A stretch of 64,000 nucleotides of DNA from Pelagomonas calceolata (Eukaryota), in NCBI GenBank assembly GCA_918797485.1, contig CAKKNE010000001.1, forward strand, positions 5,952,001-6,016,000. The letters run 5' to 3'. The position numbers were made by a program, and so were the translations under genes. Position 1 is the stretch's first letter; each line of letters starts with the position of its first letter. This document shows, in pieces, positions 53,920 through 64,000 of the stretch. The notes under the pieces were generated by a model, which saw nothing but the letters and a program-made list of their open reading frames with translations, made no database searches and had not been told where the DNA came from.

Positions 53920-55362
53920 TTAGTGGCACCAGCGCTTATAGTCGAAGGCACTGTCCGGCCAGTCGTCGATCCCGCCGCGACTGACGAGGAGCTCTCTGAT
54001 GGCTTGGTACGTTTCGTGATCAGGATCAAGCACGCGTCTATCGGCTTCATCATATTCACCATCATCAACGACCCACCACGACAGTCGCTTGAGTCTCGGG
54101 CAGGCCCGTACCACTCGGAGGACGTCGGCAGCGCGAACAACAAGCTCAAAACCTACCTCTTCGGAGATGAAGCGGAGGTCCAGCGCCTCGAGTGTTTGTG
54201 AAGCTTCACTATTAATTATCCCGTCGAGAATATGCCTGTCACCGTGGTCGTAGAGCCTATCGAGGTGTAGCCGCTCCAGTCGCATGTCACACGCCGCGGC
54301 GACGCAGGCCGCCGTCGTACTGCAGTCCCATATGTGAAGGCTCCTGAGCTGAGGCGCCGCCCGCTTGAGTTGCTCATAGAACTGAGGACCGTCCATCGTT
54401 GAGCCTTGTGGTATATGTAACTCCGTGAGTCGAGGAAAGCCTCGCGCCGCGGCGAGTAGCGCCTCCGGGAAAATTTTCGTCTCATACCAGTCGCGGGCCT
54501 CGCCGGCCTCGCCCAGGGTCTCGATGCGATCGCCGAGGGGTGTCCCCACGACTGCGTCGATCACTTCGCGGGTGATATAACAGCCACCGACGTCCAGCTG
54601 ACTCGCGCGGGTCGCAAGCGCCGTCGCTCGTATGTTATCGATAAATCTCGGCCGGTACAAGTATTTCCCGGTGCCGCACTTAATGGTTTTCAACCGCGGG
54701 ATGTGTCGAGCCCACGTCTCCGCCGGGCTATGGCTGATATTGGCGATCTCTACAACCTCGAGGTCAGGACAGGCTTCAATGATGGCCAAGATTGTGCTCT
54801 CTCTCATCTCTGGGAGGAGATAGGATCGGCCTTGCAGACTAGTCAATTTTGGCGACGCGCGGCACATCCGCAAGAACATCTCTTCCGACACCTCGGAGTG
54901 ATTCAAATCGAGCGTCGTCAGGCCGCCGTTCGTGGAGGCCACGAAGTACTCGAGTGCGGCTAACTTCTCTTTCGTACGGATCTCCGAGTCCCCCGCCCGT
55001 CGTACGCGTCCGTGCAAAATTCTACAACCGGCGCCGAATACGCGAGCCATGGCCGCGATATGGCGAGCCGGGTCCAGCGTTTCGTGGTAAGTGGAGGGCG
55101 GAGGTCCAAATTCACAAACCGTGGGAACGCCGCGGCAACAAGAGCTTCCGCTCGCAATGGCGCGCTGCGTCAAGCCCAGCATGGCCTTGGACGCGACGCG
55201 CAGGCTGAGATATTCAGCCCTGGAGTGGAAGTAGCACGCTACTCTTGTCGTAAACACGTCCTCCGGAAGCAGTGAAAGGCTGCCCAACTTTTGGGCTATG
55301 CTGAGCTCGACAGTACGCCGCCGCTGCTTCGGCCACAATAGATTTCGGAGCGAGGCAAGCAT
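53920..55362 (-). CDS. F-box-like / RNI-like LRR protein
   Basis: LSLLPEDVF (F-box-like); ASPKLTSL, ACPDLEVV, FPRLTEL, APQLRSL, ACPRLKRL. Confidence 0.7.
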   Translation of the reverse strand: MLASLRNLLWPKQRRRTVELSIAQKLGSLSLLPEDVFTTRVACYFHSRAEYLSLRVASKAMLGLTQRAIASGSSCCRGVPTVCEFGPPPSTYHETLDPARHIAAMARVFGAGCRILHGRVRRAGDSEIRTKEKLAALEYFVASTNGGLTTLDLNHSEVSEEMFLRMCRASPKLTSLQGRSYLLPEMRESTILAIIEACPDLEVVEIANISHSPAETWARHIPRLKTIKCGTGKYLYRPRFIDNIRATALATRASQLDVGGCYITREVIDAVVGTPLGDRIETLGEAGEARDWYETKIFPEALLAAARGFPRLTELHIPQGSTMDGPQFYEQLKRAAPQLRSLHIWDCSTTAACVAAACDMRLERLHLDRLYDHGDRHILDGIINSEASQTLEALDLRFISEEVGFELVVRAADVLRVVRACPRLKRLSWWVVDDGEYDEADRRVLDPDHETYQAIRELLVSRGGIDDWPDSAFDYKRWCH

Positions 55363-55538
55363 GGCTGCCGATGGAGTCGAGCTAGTGACGTCTAGCGTCC
55401 CAAAAGCTGCCCAAAATCCAGCCAGAGCAAAGCTTTGAATATCGTGCGGGGCTCCGACGAACGAGAACGCAGCGCAAAGGCGCGGCGATCGGCGCGACCC
55501 AAAAACACCATGAATGAGGCTGCCCTTAACGCGCGACC

Positions 55539-57119
55539 ATGACGACGACACCTTTCCGACTGCTGGCGCTCTGCCTCTCCACAGTGGCAGCAAGCCGACC
55601 GCGCGACGACGCCGCCACGGCGACCTGCCTCGCCGACCCATCCGCAACATGCGACCTCAAGACGCCGTGCGCGGCCGGGTCCTTCACGCGCAACTGTCTC
55701 GACACTTGGGTCCCCTTCCGCACCGCCCACGACCGCGTGACCTGTTGCCTGGACTGCTGCCTCCAGTTCTTTGTGAAAAAGTACGGCTTGGACGCGAACG
55801 CGGCACGGGCCCAGAGGGTCGTGCCCGAGCTGGCTTCCCAAAAAGCTTCGAAGTACTCGCTGCTCGTCGCCCACAACCACGAGGGCACGCTCCCCTACGC
55901 CTCGCGACGCCTCACGAAGCGCCAGAACGCCTGGCTGGGGAAGCACACGAAGGCTCTCGGGCCCGAATTGTCGCTGCGATGCCGCGGGCCCGCGTGTGCG
56001 GCCGACGACCGCCACGACACCGTATCAAGACTGTGGAGCGAGCGGCGCACGGGCACGCCCGCCTCCCCTGAAAGTGGCAAGGGGCTGGAGCCCGGCCCCG
56101 TCGGCGACTTCGCGCCGGGCTGGGTCGAGATGCACTTCGGGGACGGCTGCGGCGCGCACTCCCCTCAATCGCCCTTCGGGGCCTACCGCGAAGTGACCTT
56201 AGCCGCGCTCTGGCGGGCAGCTAGATTGGGGACCATGGACAAGGCGCGGCTGGCCTTGGTGACGTCGACGGACTGCGACCTCCCGCGCGCGGACGTTTCC
56301 AAGAGACGCCACCGCGGCTTCGTGGATGAACGGAGTTTGTTGGAGGCGCCCGGCGTCGCGGCGTGGTTCGCGACGAACCCCAACGACCATTTGCTGGGGG
56401 CGCATCCCAAGCTCAAGGCCGTGCCGTTGGGGGTCCAACATCGGGGCAAGTGGTCCTCGTTACTTGATGGTAGAGAAGCCCGGAACCGCACGAACCTATT
56501 AGCGTGCTGCTGCCTCAGCTCGCACCCCGTGCCGTCTCAATCCGAAGCGCCGGGCGCGCCCAAGCCCCACGCCTCGTTTAAAACGCTCGACGACCCTTTG
56601 AGAAGCGAGTTCGAGGACCAATCAAAAATGTTGAGTGCGGAGGGCTTATCCTTTAAATACGCGCGCGAGGGCTGGGTCGGCTCCGTCTACGGACGCATAC
56701 GGCGGTACGCAGTCGTCGAAGCTTTGCGCAAGAACGGGTTTGGGACGTGCTCGCACCGCGGGCCGCCCGGGACATCGCGGAGGCCCGACCAGACGACGCC
56801 GCTCGATAAATTCGCGGCCCATTTGCTGGAGAGCGACTTCGCGGTGTCGCCGCAGGGCATCGGGCGCGCGTGCCACCGCGAGTGGGAGGCGCTGTCCGCG
56901 GGTGCCATTCCGCTCGTGGACTGGGACGCGTCGCCGGCCATGGCCGAGCTGTATTCCGGCCTGCCCGTCGTCCGCGTCAAGGACTGGCGGGAGGTGTCGC
57001 CGGCCTTTTTGAAGGAGGAGCTCCGGCGCGTGCGGGACGCGGGCCGCGCGGTGGACATGAAGAAGCTGTATATGCCCTACTGGGTGGCGCGGTTCACGGA
57101 CCACGTCGATTCTTCCTAA
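55539..57119 (+). CDS. Secreted exostosin/GT47-like glycosyltransferase
   Basis: Signal peptide; HPKLKAVPLG, FAVSPQGIGRACHREWEALSAGAIPLV, LYSGLPVV, KLYMPYW. Confidence 0.7.
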   Translation: MTTTPFRLLALCLSTVAASRPRDDAATATCLADPSATCDLKTPCAAGSFTRNCLDTWVPFRTAHDRVTCCLDCCLQFFVKKYGLDANAARAQRVVPELASQKASKYSLLVAHNHEGTLPYASRRLTKRQNAWLGKHTKALGPELSLRCRGPACAADDRHDTVSRLWSERRTGTPASPESGKGLEPGPVGDFAPGWVEMHFGDGCGAHSPQSPFGAYREVTLAALWRAARLGTMDKARLALVTSTDCDLPRADVSKRRHRGFVDERSLLEAPGVAAWFATNPNDHLLGAHPKLKAVPLGVQHRGKWSSLLDGREARNRTNLLACCCLSSHPVPSQSEAPGAPKPHASFKTLDDPLRSEFEDQSKMLSAEGLSFKYAREGWVGSVYGRIRRYAVVEALRKNGFGTCSHRGPPGTSRRPDQTTPLDKFAAHLLESDFAVSPQGIGRACHREWEALSAGAIPLVDWDASPAMAELYSGLPVVRVKDWREVSPAFLKEELRRVRDAGRAVDMKKLYMPYWVARFTDHVDSS

Positions 57120-57278
57120 GTTGTTGTGTGTCAATAAAGGATCCAATAAAGGTGTAGATGGCGCGGGACGGTACTCAGCTGCCAAATTTCGAGCCAGCTC
57201 GACTTCGTGCGGCTTACGATTCCTGGTGCGCTTCGTAAGGGGGGCCTGGAGGGGCTTGGGGAGGATTGCAAGTGGCTA

Positions 57279-57302
57279 GCTAGTGGCTTTACATGCGCTA
57301 GT
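57279..57302 (-). promoter_or_regulatory. Recurrent upstream motif, degenerate copy
   Basis: Reverse complement reads ACTAGCGCATGTAAAGCCACTAGC, about 175 bp before ATG 57476. Confidence 0.45.
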
Positions 57303-57475
57303 AACTCGAAAAGGTCTCGCGCCGCTCGGTCCTTGTGCTGCGCTGTTAGCGTAATACGAGCTTCCAGGCCAATCAAGCGCTTGCTGTGGCAATAACTTGC
57401 TGCCGCAACGCGCGCGCTGCGAGGTTACTGTTAGCAGCGAGGTCCGAAACCGTCTGAGCTCACAGCTGGTAATTG

Positions 57476-60171
57476 ATGAGCCGCCGCAGCGCCTCGCCCG
57501 CCGAAGACGCGATCCACGACCTCCTCCAGACCATGTCCCAGAAGGAGCGCGACGCGCGCTACGACGCCAAGCACAAGCAGCTCTGTGTAAGCGTGTCGCG
57601 GGCCCTCGAGAACGCGGCCTGGACGCTCGACGAGTTCTGCAACAACGACGCCGACCGCCAGACGGCGTGGACCTGTGTTGACATCAAAATTTTACGGCGC
57701 GTTCGTGCTGAATCGTCGCGTCGACCTCCACGCCATCGACGCGACGCCTGCTCGATGGCGTGGCGATGCCGGTTCCTCACCGCTCGACCGAGCCAGGACG
57801 GCCGCGTCATCGCCGAGAAATGACTTAAGTGCACCCGACGCACTGGTTGATTTCCACACAGGTCTGGACCGAGATCAGCGACGGCGCGCAGCGCATGTTG
57901 GGGCAGCTCGTCGCCGCGGGCCGGCCGCGCGCGAGCAACGCGACGGAGCCCTCGGGCGCGTCGAGCGCGCTCGCCTTCGCGCCGCCGTCGCCCTCGAACC
58001 GCGACTCCGGCGGCACGGCGCCGGTGCCGGGCCGCCTGAGCGACGACGGCGCCGCGCCAACCACCCAAGCCGACGCGCCGCGGCCGTCGACGGGGCCCCA
58101 CGGCACGCTGCGCAAGGGCGGGGCCGTCGCGCCGCGGCCGGCGTCGCGCCAGCTCGAGGAGGACCCCATCGAGGACAGCGACGCCTCGCAGTCGCCGCGG
58201 GCGCCGCCGCCGGAGCCCTCGCAGCAGAGCGTCATCGAGATCGACGACGACGACGCCGCCGCGCCGCCCGCCGAGGACGAGCACGAGTGGAGCGACGACG
58301 ACGCGGCGCCGGCCGCCCCGCCGGCCGAGGACGACGAGGAGGACGAGTGGGAGGACGACATCGCGGAGCCGCCCGCGGCCGCCCCCGATGTCGACGAACC
58401 GCCGGCCGCCGAGGAAGAAGTGATGGTGGCCGTGGCCGACGATGACGACGAGGAGGAGGAGGAGGGGCCCAAGTTCCGCGTCGGCGACTCTGTCGTCGAC
58501 GGCAGGACGGGCGAGGTGGGCCAGATCGTCGCCAAGACGACGGGCTGGTGGAAGCTCCAGATCCCGAGCTCCGACAAGGCCGTGTCGCGGCGGTCGAAGG
58601 AGCTCACGGCCCCGCCGCCGCCCGAGGCGGCCGAGGACGACGAAGAAGAAGAGGAGGAGGCCGCGCCGCCGCCGCCGGCGCCCGAGGAAAGCGAGGAGGA
58701 AGACGAGGAGGAGGCTTCGCCGCCGCTCGCCGCGCGGCGGCCGGCGAGGGGCCGGGCACCGGAGGCCGCGGCGCCGGCGCCCCGCGCGCGGCCGAAGCGC
58801 GGCCGCGCCGCCGCCGAGGCGCCTCCCGAGGAGGACGAAGAGGAGCCGCGCGAGCGCACGAAGCGCGGTCGCGCCGCGGAAGAGCCCGAGGAGAGCGAGG
58901 ACGACGAGGAGGACTCGCCGCCGCTCGCGGCGCGCCGGCCGCCGCGGCGCGCGGCGGGCGGCGCGGCCGCCGCGCCCGTCGCCGCGCCCGCGAAGAAGAA
59001 GAAGCCCGCGCGCAAGGCGCCGCCGCCGGCGAAGCCCGCAGCGAAAGCGCCGCCGGCGAAGCCCGCAACGAAGGCGCGCGGCAAGGAGAACGCCGCGCCC
59101 GCGCCCAAGAAGCGCCCGGCCGCGGCGCCCGCCGCGGCGCCCAAGCGCGCGCGGACGCAGCCCGGGCCGGCGCCGCGCTGGGGCCACTCGGCCGCCGTGC
59201 TGGAGGACGGCGCGACGATGGCGATCTGGGGCGGAGAGGGCGACGACAAGGCGGTGCACCTGTACCGCGTGGCCACGGGCTGGGAATCCATGCTCGGCGG
59301 CGGTGACATACCGGACCCGCGCGCCTGGCACGCGTCCGTTGCGTCGGGGTCGCGGCTCGTCGTCTTCGGCGGCGACGCGTCGGGCGACGGGCGGCCCGTG
59401 CGCGATAGCACCACTAAAGTGTTCGACATCGACGAGGGCGAGTGGACGGCCGAGGAGTGCGCGGCGCGGCCCCAGGCGCGGTTGGGCCACGCTTTACTAT
59501 CGCTGCGTGATAGCGAAGGCCAGGAATGCGTCGCGGCGCTGGGCGGCCTGCGCGGGCGCGACGACGGTATCACGACGACCTGCGACGCCCTGCAGAAGCG
59601 ACTCAAAATCAAGGGCTCCGTCCCCAAGGGCGAGGCTCCGAAGCCGCACGCGCACGGCTGCGCGGTCGTGTTACGAAACGGCGCGAAGGCCGTGGTCTGG
59701 ACGGGGAAGCCGTTATCTAAGGGCGACAAAGACACGCCGTCGAACAAGGTCTTCGTGCTGGAGCGCGACGCCGCCGGCGACGCGTGGACGTGGACGCGGA
59801 TGCAGTTCGTCATGGGCGACAAGCCGTCGTTCCGGAGCAAGGCGGCTTGCTGCATGCTGCCGGACGGCATCTCCGTCTTAGTCCACGGCGGGCTCGACGA
59901 AGATACGGGCGCGGTCCTCGGCGACGCGTTTATCCTGGACACGCGGCTCTGGGAGTGGTCGCGGGCGCCGAAGCGCGTCGAGAGCGCCTTCGGCGCGCGG
60001 GCCGGCCACTCGTTGGTGTGCGTGCGGGACGGTGACACGCACATGCTCCTGGCCTTCGGCGGCCGCGGGGCCGACGGGCTTACGGAGCGGGCGGATCTTG
60101 CCAAGGTCGTGGTGGACGAGAGGACATTCAAAGGATGTGCCGTGCCGCCGAGGACGAGCGCCGTCTTCTGA
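57476..60171 (+). CDS. Kelch-repeat protein with acidic/disordered middle; exons 57476-57664 and 57862-60171
   Basis: PAPRWGHSA...IWGG, PRAWHAS...VFGG, RLGHA, VHGG, ARAGHS...AFGG. Confidence 0.82.
57673..57861 (+). mobile_element. Longest introner copy (189 bp), predicted GC-AG intron 57665-57861
   Basis: TIR CTGTGTTGACATCAA / CTGTGTGGAAATCAA (13/15). TSD GCGTGGAC / GTCTGGAC (6/8). Splicing gives RQT|VWTEIS in frame. Confidence 0.92.
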
Positions 60172-60210
60172 ACCTCCCCCCTCCCCGACGTAAAAGTGTA
60201 TTCAACAACA

Positions 60211-61035
60211 CTAGTCATTATCCTCCGACTCGTCCTCGTCGAGGTCGAAGATGTTCGGCCGCGACTCGTCGCTCTGGATGGTCGGTTCGCCAACCACGCG
60301 CTCGTTGAAGAACGCCGAGGGATTTGTCCAGATGGTGGGCTGCGACATCAAGTCCCCGCGCTGCGGCTCGCTCTCGCCTCCTACCGCCGATCCCCATTTT
60401 CCTAGGTCTTCTCGTGGCGCCCGCTCGCGCGCCTGGAGCTCGGCCCACTCCTCCGCGGAGAGTCCATCCGGTACGTACGAGCCCGCGATAGGCGCGGTCT
60501 GCGGTCGGCTCTTCAGTGCCGCGGCCGCGGCGACGACGTCCACGTTCTCCAGGGATTGCTTGCGCGCCTCCGCTTTCCGTCGCGACGCTTGGAGTTGCTC
60601 CTGGATGCCCTTCGTTTGCTGGTATCGATTGTAGGCGCGCTCGTACGCTTGCGTCGTCTGCGCCCTCTCGATCTGGGCGGCATCGAGCTCCGCAAAGAGC
60701 CTTTCTATTTTGGCCGCGCAGTCCTGTCGCGCGGCGTCGAGGCGAGTTACTTCATCTTCGAGTTCGCGGAGGATCGCGGCGTCGGCGTCTTCCTCAGCTG
60801 TGTCCTCTACATCCTCTGCTGTGTCCTCTGTAGCTTCCGCACCATCCGCTTGTCTCTCTACACCATCTCTTCGTGCTGAAACGGCATCGATGCCGTCCAC
60901 CACAGCACCAGAGTCCTCTGCAGCGTCTCTGTTCGCTCTTGTGGGGTGATACAAGGGTGCTCGCCCGAAATGAATTGTCGGTATGAAGCAGACAGTGCGT
61001 GACACAGCCGCTAATAGCAGAAATGTCCTGCGCAT
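60211..61035 (-). CDS. Hypothetical, probably plastid-targeted coiled-coil protein
   Basis: Signal peptide followed by F (TVC-FIP); coiled coil; YVPDGLSAEEW motif. Confidence 0.65.
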   Translation of the reverse strand: MRRTFLLLAAVSRTVCFIPTIHFGRAPLYHPTRANRDAAEDSGAVVDGIDAVSARRDGVERQADGAEATEDTAEDVEDTAEEDADAAILRELEDEVTRLDAARQDCAAKIERLFAELDAAQIERAQTTQAYERAYNRYQQTKGIQEQLQASRRKAEARKQSLENVDVVAAAAALKSRPQTAPIAGSYVPDGLSAEEWAELQARERAPREDLGKWGSAVGGESEPQRGDLMSQPTIWTNPSAFFNERVVGEPTIQSDESRPNIFDLDEDESEDND

Positions 61036-61082
61036 GGTCTTTAGACGGAGCCGAGCGAGTAATCCGAGGCTCGTAATCCGGT

Positions 61083-61106
61083 GCTAGCGGCATGTAAGAC
61101 ACTAGC
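61083..61106 (+). promoter_or_regulatory. Recurrent upstream motif, copy 5
   Basis: GCTAGCGGCATGTAAGACACTAGC between divergent ATGs 61035 and 61266. Confidence 0.65.
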
Positions 61107-61265
61107 GCAAGGATCTGCGCTGGTCCCGCAGGACCGCGCGCAAAAACCCGTCGGTTAAGCAGAGGCTAGGCTAGGCTGCAGCTGAAGCAGCAAGTTCCGA
61201 GTATTAGCTACTATAAGCAGCAAGTTGGTGCACTTAAATTCAGAGAGGCTGCCCGAACCTGCAGA

Positions 61266-63302
61266 ATGATGATGAGAGCGACTCTTGTGTCCTTGATGGG
61301 CATCGCCCTCGCTTTTAGCAGCCCACTGGACAATGACAGCATGCCCAAATTTGTGAAGAGCGCGCGCCCGGCGCAGACGCGGCGGCGCCTCGACGAATGC
61401 GTAAACGTCGTCGTGTCCGGATCTCCCCTGCCCGAATTGCACGGGACTTACGTGCAAAAAGGATCGTGCAATAATGGCTGGCCCCGCTGGGAGTGCGATA
61501 AATGGGGGGGATGCAGCGAAACCAGGTACATCTGGTACCAATTTGACTCCAATTGGCACATTGGGCCTAATTCCTGCTCGGATTCTGCTGAAATTTATAC
61601 ATTGGACCTGGACGCGGACCTTAGGTCCTTCTCTGGTACGTGGAATGAGTATACCACCACCGGGTACTGGCAACCGAACTCGGCCATCTCGGTCACGTGT
61701 GCAGGTGATGGCATGACCGACAGTAGCATCAGAACGGCCGTCGCGGCGTGGCTTTCGAACAGCGCATCGGCAGAGGCGACGTACGGCCATATTTCTACGT
61801 GGGAGACTGGGGGGGTGACGGACATGTCGTATTTATTTTGTGCTCATTCTTCGTGGAGTAATTGCAACACGGTCGCGGGGTCCTTCAACGAGGACATCAG
61901 CGCGTGGGACACCTCCGGCGTCACAACGATGTACACGATGTTCTACTCCGCCTCGGCCTTCGACCAGGACCTCGGCTGGTGCGTGGACGACGGCGTGGAC
62001 CTGCGCCTCGCTTTCGACGAGACCCCGTGCGAGTCGACGTCGTGCGGTGTCAATAACGTGGCTTCACTACGGTGCGGCGGTACGATGGGCGACAGCAGCA
62101 TCAGAACGGCCGTCCGGGCGTGGCTTACGGACGAGGCAGCAGCCGAGGCGACGTACGGCCATATATCGACGTGGAATACTGGGAGGGTGACGGACATGCA
62201 TGAACTGTTCTCGTCGTGGACGGGAGCGAACAGGTACTTTAACGAGCCGATAGGCAACTGGGACGTCCGCAAGGTGAAGAACATGCACGACATGTTCCAG
62301 AACGCGGAGTCCTTCAATCAAGCTCTTGGCAAATGGCAAGTCGGCGCTGTCACAGATATGAGTGACATGTTCCAGCGCGCGGCGTCGTTTAATCAGCCAC
62401 TCAATGATTGGGATCTGTCCAATGTGCAGGACATGGAGGAGATGTTCGAGGAGGCAGAGGCCTTCGACCAGGACCTTGGCTGGTGCGTGGACATGAGCCT
62501 GCGAATCGCATTTAAAAAAACCAAGTGCGAGTCGGCTGCGTGCGGCGTCGCGCAAAAGGACGTGATCGGCATATGCGAATGGTTACCACCCGTCCGTCCG
62601 TGTCTCATTGGCACAAAAACGAAAAGGCGATGTTATATCACCTCAGGAACACTCATCATCGCCGTTCTGCTTGTCCTTCTTGCTGGCTTCAGCACATGCG
62701 TCTGCTGTAGGAAGAAGAAGGACGAAACTTACTTCGCCGCCGCCCGCCGCCTCCTCCGCAGCTGCCTCTGCTGCTGCTGCCTCTGCTGCAGGAAAAAGAA
62801 GGAAAAAGGTAGCGTTAACTCCCAACCGGATTCCCGGGCGGAGTCGCCACGGGAAGAGCCCGACGAGGAAGCGACCGCCTCCGAGTCTCTGGAGTCGCGC
62901 GCCCAAGCCGCAGCCAAGGCCGAGGAGGCCGTCGAGCCTTCGTCCTTCTCGAAGCTTACCTCGTTCCTGTTCGGCGAGCGAGAAGAGGCCCCCATGGAAG
63001 AGACCCCCAAGGAAGAAGAAGAGGCCGCCGCCCTCCCCGTCGTCGCGGAAGCCGAGGAGGAGGGAGCAACCGAACAACCACCACCGCCGCCGGCGAAACG
63101 CTGGTTCTCGCGCGAGCCACCGAAAGCCGAGGAGATGCACCAGCGGGTGGGCTGTTGGTATACCTTTGCGCCGGAAGCGGCCGCGTTGCGCGCCGCCTGG
63201 GGTGAGTACCCAGGGACGCCCGACGCCCTCCAAGCGTGGCCCGGTTTCGTCCAGGTCACGAACGCGTTCCTCGACGCCAAGCTGGACGCCAAGCTGGCTT
63301 AG
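61266..63302 (+). CDS. Type I membrane protein with DUF285 (BspA-like) repeats
   Basis: Signal peptide, YGHISTW..VTDM x2, FNEDISAWDTS, FNQPLNDWD, TM followed by a Cys cluster. Confidence 0.85.
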   Translation: MMMRATLVSLMGIALAFSSPLDNDSMPKFVKSARPAQTRRRLDECVNVVVSGSPLPELHGTYVQKGSCNNGWPRWECDKWGGCSETRYIWYQFDSNWHIGPNSCSDSAEIYTLDLDADLRSFSGTWNEYTTTGYWQPNSAISVTCAGDGMTDSSIRTAVAAWLSNSASAEATYGHISTWETGGVTDMSYLFCAHSSWSNCNTVAGSFNEDISAWDTSGVTTMYTMFYSASAFDQDLGWCVDDGVDLRLAFDETPCESTSCGVNNVASLRCGGTMGDSSIRTAVRAWLTDEAAAEATYGHISTWNTGRVTDMHELFSSWTGANRYFNEPIGNWDVRKVKNMHDMFQNAESFNQALGKWQVGAVTDMSDMFQRAASFNQPLNDWDLSNVQDMEEMFEEAEAFDQDLGWCVDMSLRIAFKKTKCESAACGVAQKDVIGICEWLPPVRPCLIGTKTKRRCYITSGTLIIAVLLVLLAGFSTCVCCRKKKDETYFAAARRLLRSCLCCCCLCCRKKKEKGSVNSQPDSRAESPREEPDEEATASESLESRAQAAAKAEEAVEPSSFSKLTSFLFGEREEAPMEETPKEEEEAAALPVVAEAEEEGATEQPPPPPAKRWFSREPPKAEEMHQRVGCWYTFAPEAAALRAAWGEYPGTPDALQAWPGFVQVTNAFLDAKLDAKLA

Positions 63303-63333
63303 GCCTAATATTATCTAGGAAGAGGAAGACTAC

Positions 63334-64000
63334 TCACACGTCCAAGATGCTCCGCACGCATCCCTTCGACTCAAAGTCCGCGCTGTCCGCGAGCGACGCC
63401 GCCCCGGAGAGGTGGACGCAGGCGTGTTCGATCGCCGCGAGCGCGCCCATTCTCGCGAGAGCGGCTTCGTCGCTACAACTCTTCTGCACGGCCCCGTCGT
63501 AGTAGGCGTCCCACGCGTCTGCCAGATTCGTGGAGAGTTCCGCGCGGAAGTCCTCGAACGCGGCGAGTGCAGCGGAGAGCCGGTCGTCTGAGTTGAAATG
63601 GATAGCTTCCGCCGCCGCGGTCGCGCGGTCCGCGAAGCCCTTCGTCGCTCGTGCGAACATCGGCTGCAGCGAATCGTCTCGCGCGACGCCGGCGAGGCAC
63701 CGCGCGAGGGCGCCGAGCGAGTGCGTCGTGTCGGCCAGCGCGTCGACGAGGAGCCCCAGGGACTCGGCGTCTAAGGGCGCCTGGCACGGCGGCTCGCGGC
63801 GCGCGTCGGCGAGGCGCGCGCGGGCTGATGCCAGCGTGGCCTCGAGCCCGGCGACGCCCTTGTTCGTCGCCGCGAGCGCGTCCTCCGATCCGTCAGAGGC
63901 GGCGTCCGCGGCGCTGGACGCGGTCGCGCCGAAGCCGTCGAACCACGAAACCAGCGTGGTCCTGAGCGCAGGCCGCGCCGACCGCCGGAAGAACAGGAAG
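63334..64000 (-). CDS. 3' part of a hypothetical protein (start outside the window)
   Basis: Frame appears open from the window edge (FLFFRRSARPALR...LADARREPP) to the TGA at 63334. Confidence 0.6.
   Translation of the reverse strand, partial: FLFFRRSARPALRTTLVSWFDGFGATASSAADAASDGSEDALAATNKGVAGLEATLASARARLADARREPPCQAPLDAESLGLLVDALADTTHSLGALARCLAGVARDDSLQPMFARATKGFADRATAAAEAIHFNSDDRLSAALAAFEDFRAELSTNLADAWDAYYDGAVQKSCSDEAALARMGALAAIEHACVHLSGAASLADSADFESKGCVRSILDV

Noticed and set aside
57559..60293. Long minus-strand ORFs (643 and 822 aa) and many similar overlapping ORFs elsewhere
   Set aside because: Antisense shadows of GC-rich coding sequence; the plus strand carries the Kelch motifs.

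Overview
Gene-dense, GC-rich eukaryotic nuclear DNA, most likely a pelagophyte alga (Pelagomonas/Aureococcus-like). Support: a fucoxanthin-chlorophyll LHC with a bipartite plastid presequence, ER HSP90 ending in KDEL, gamma-tubulin complex and SAS-4 genes, spliceosomal introns and introner elements. About 37 mostly intronless protein genes or gene fragments are present; no rRNA, tRNA or CRISPR was found. Main observations: (1) Four related introner (transposon-derived intron) copies of different ages. Three have recognisable TIRs and 8-bp TSDs, there is an intergenic relic, and the two best-preserved copies share a pseudoknot-capable core. (2) An HMG-CoA-reductase-derived protein that keeps a plant-type membrane anchor but has lost the catalytic motifs. 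(3) A recurrent bipartite upstream motif, GCTAGCG-N0-4-GTAAGACACTAG. (4) A ubiquitin fused to a non-ribosomal tail that starts with Cys. (5) A CHAT protease plus P-loop NTPase protein. (6) A tandem RbcX-like plastid protein. (7) A second dispersed hairpin repeat family. (8) Two rearrangement junctions that truncate genes. All homology calls come from motif recognition by eye, not from database searches.
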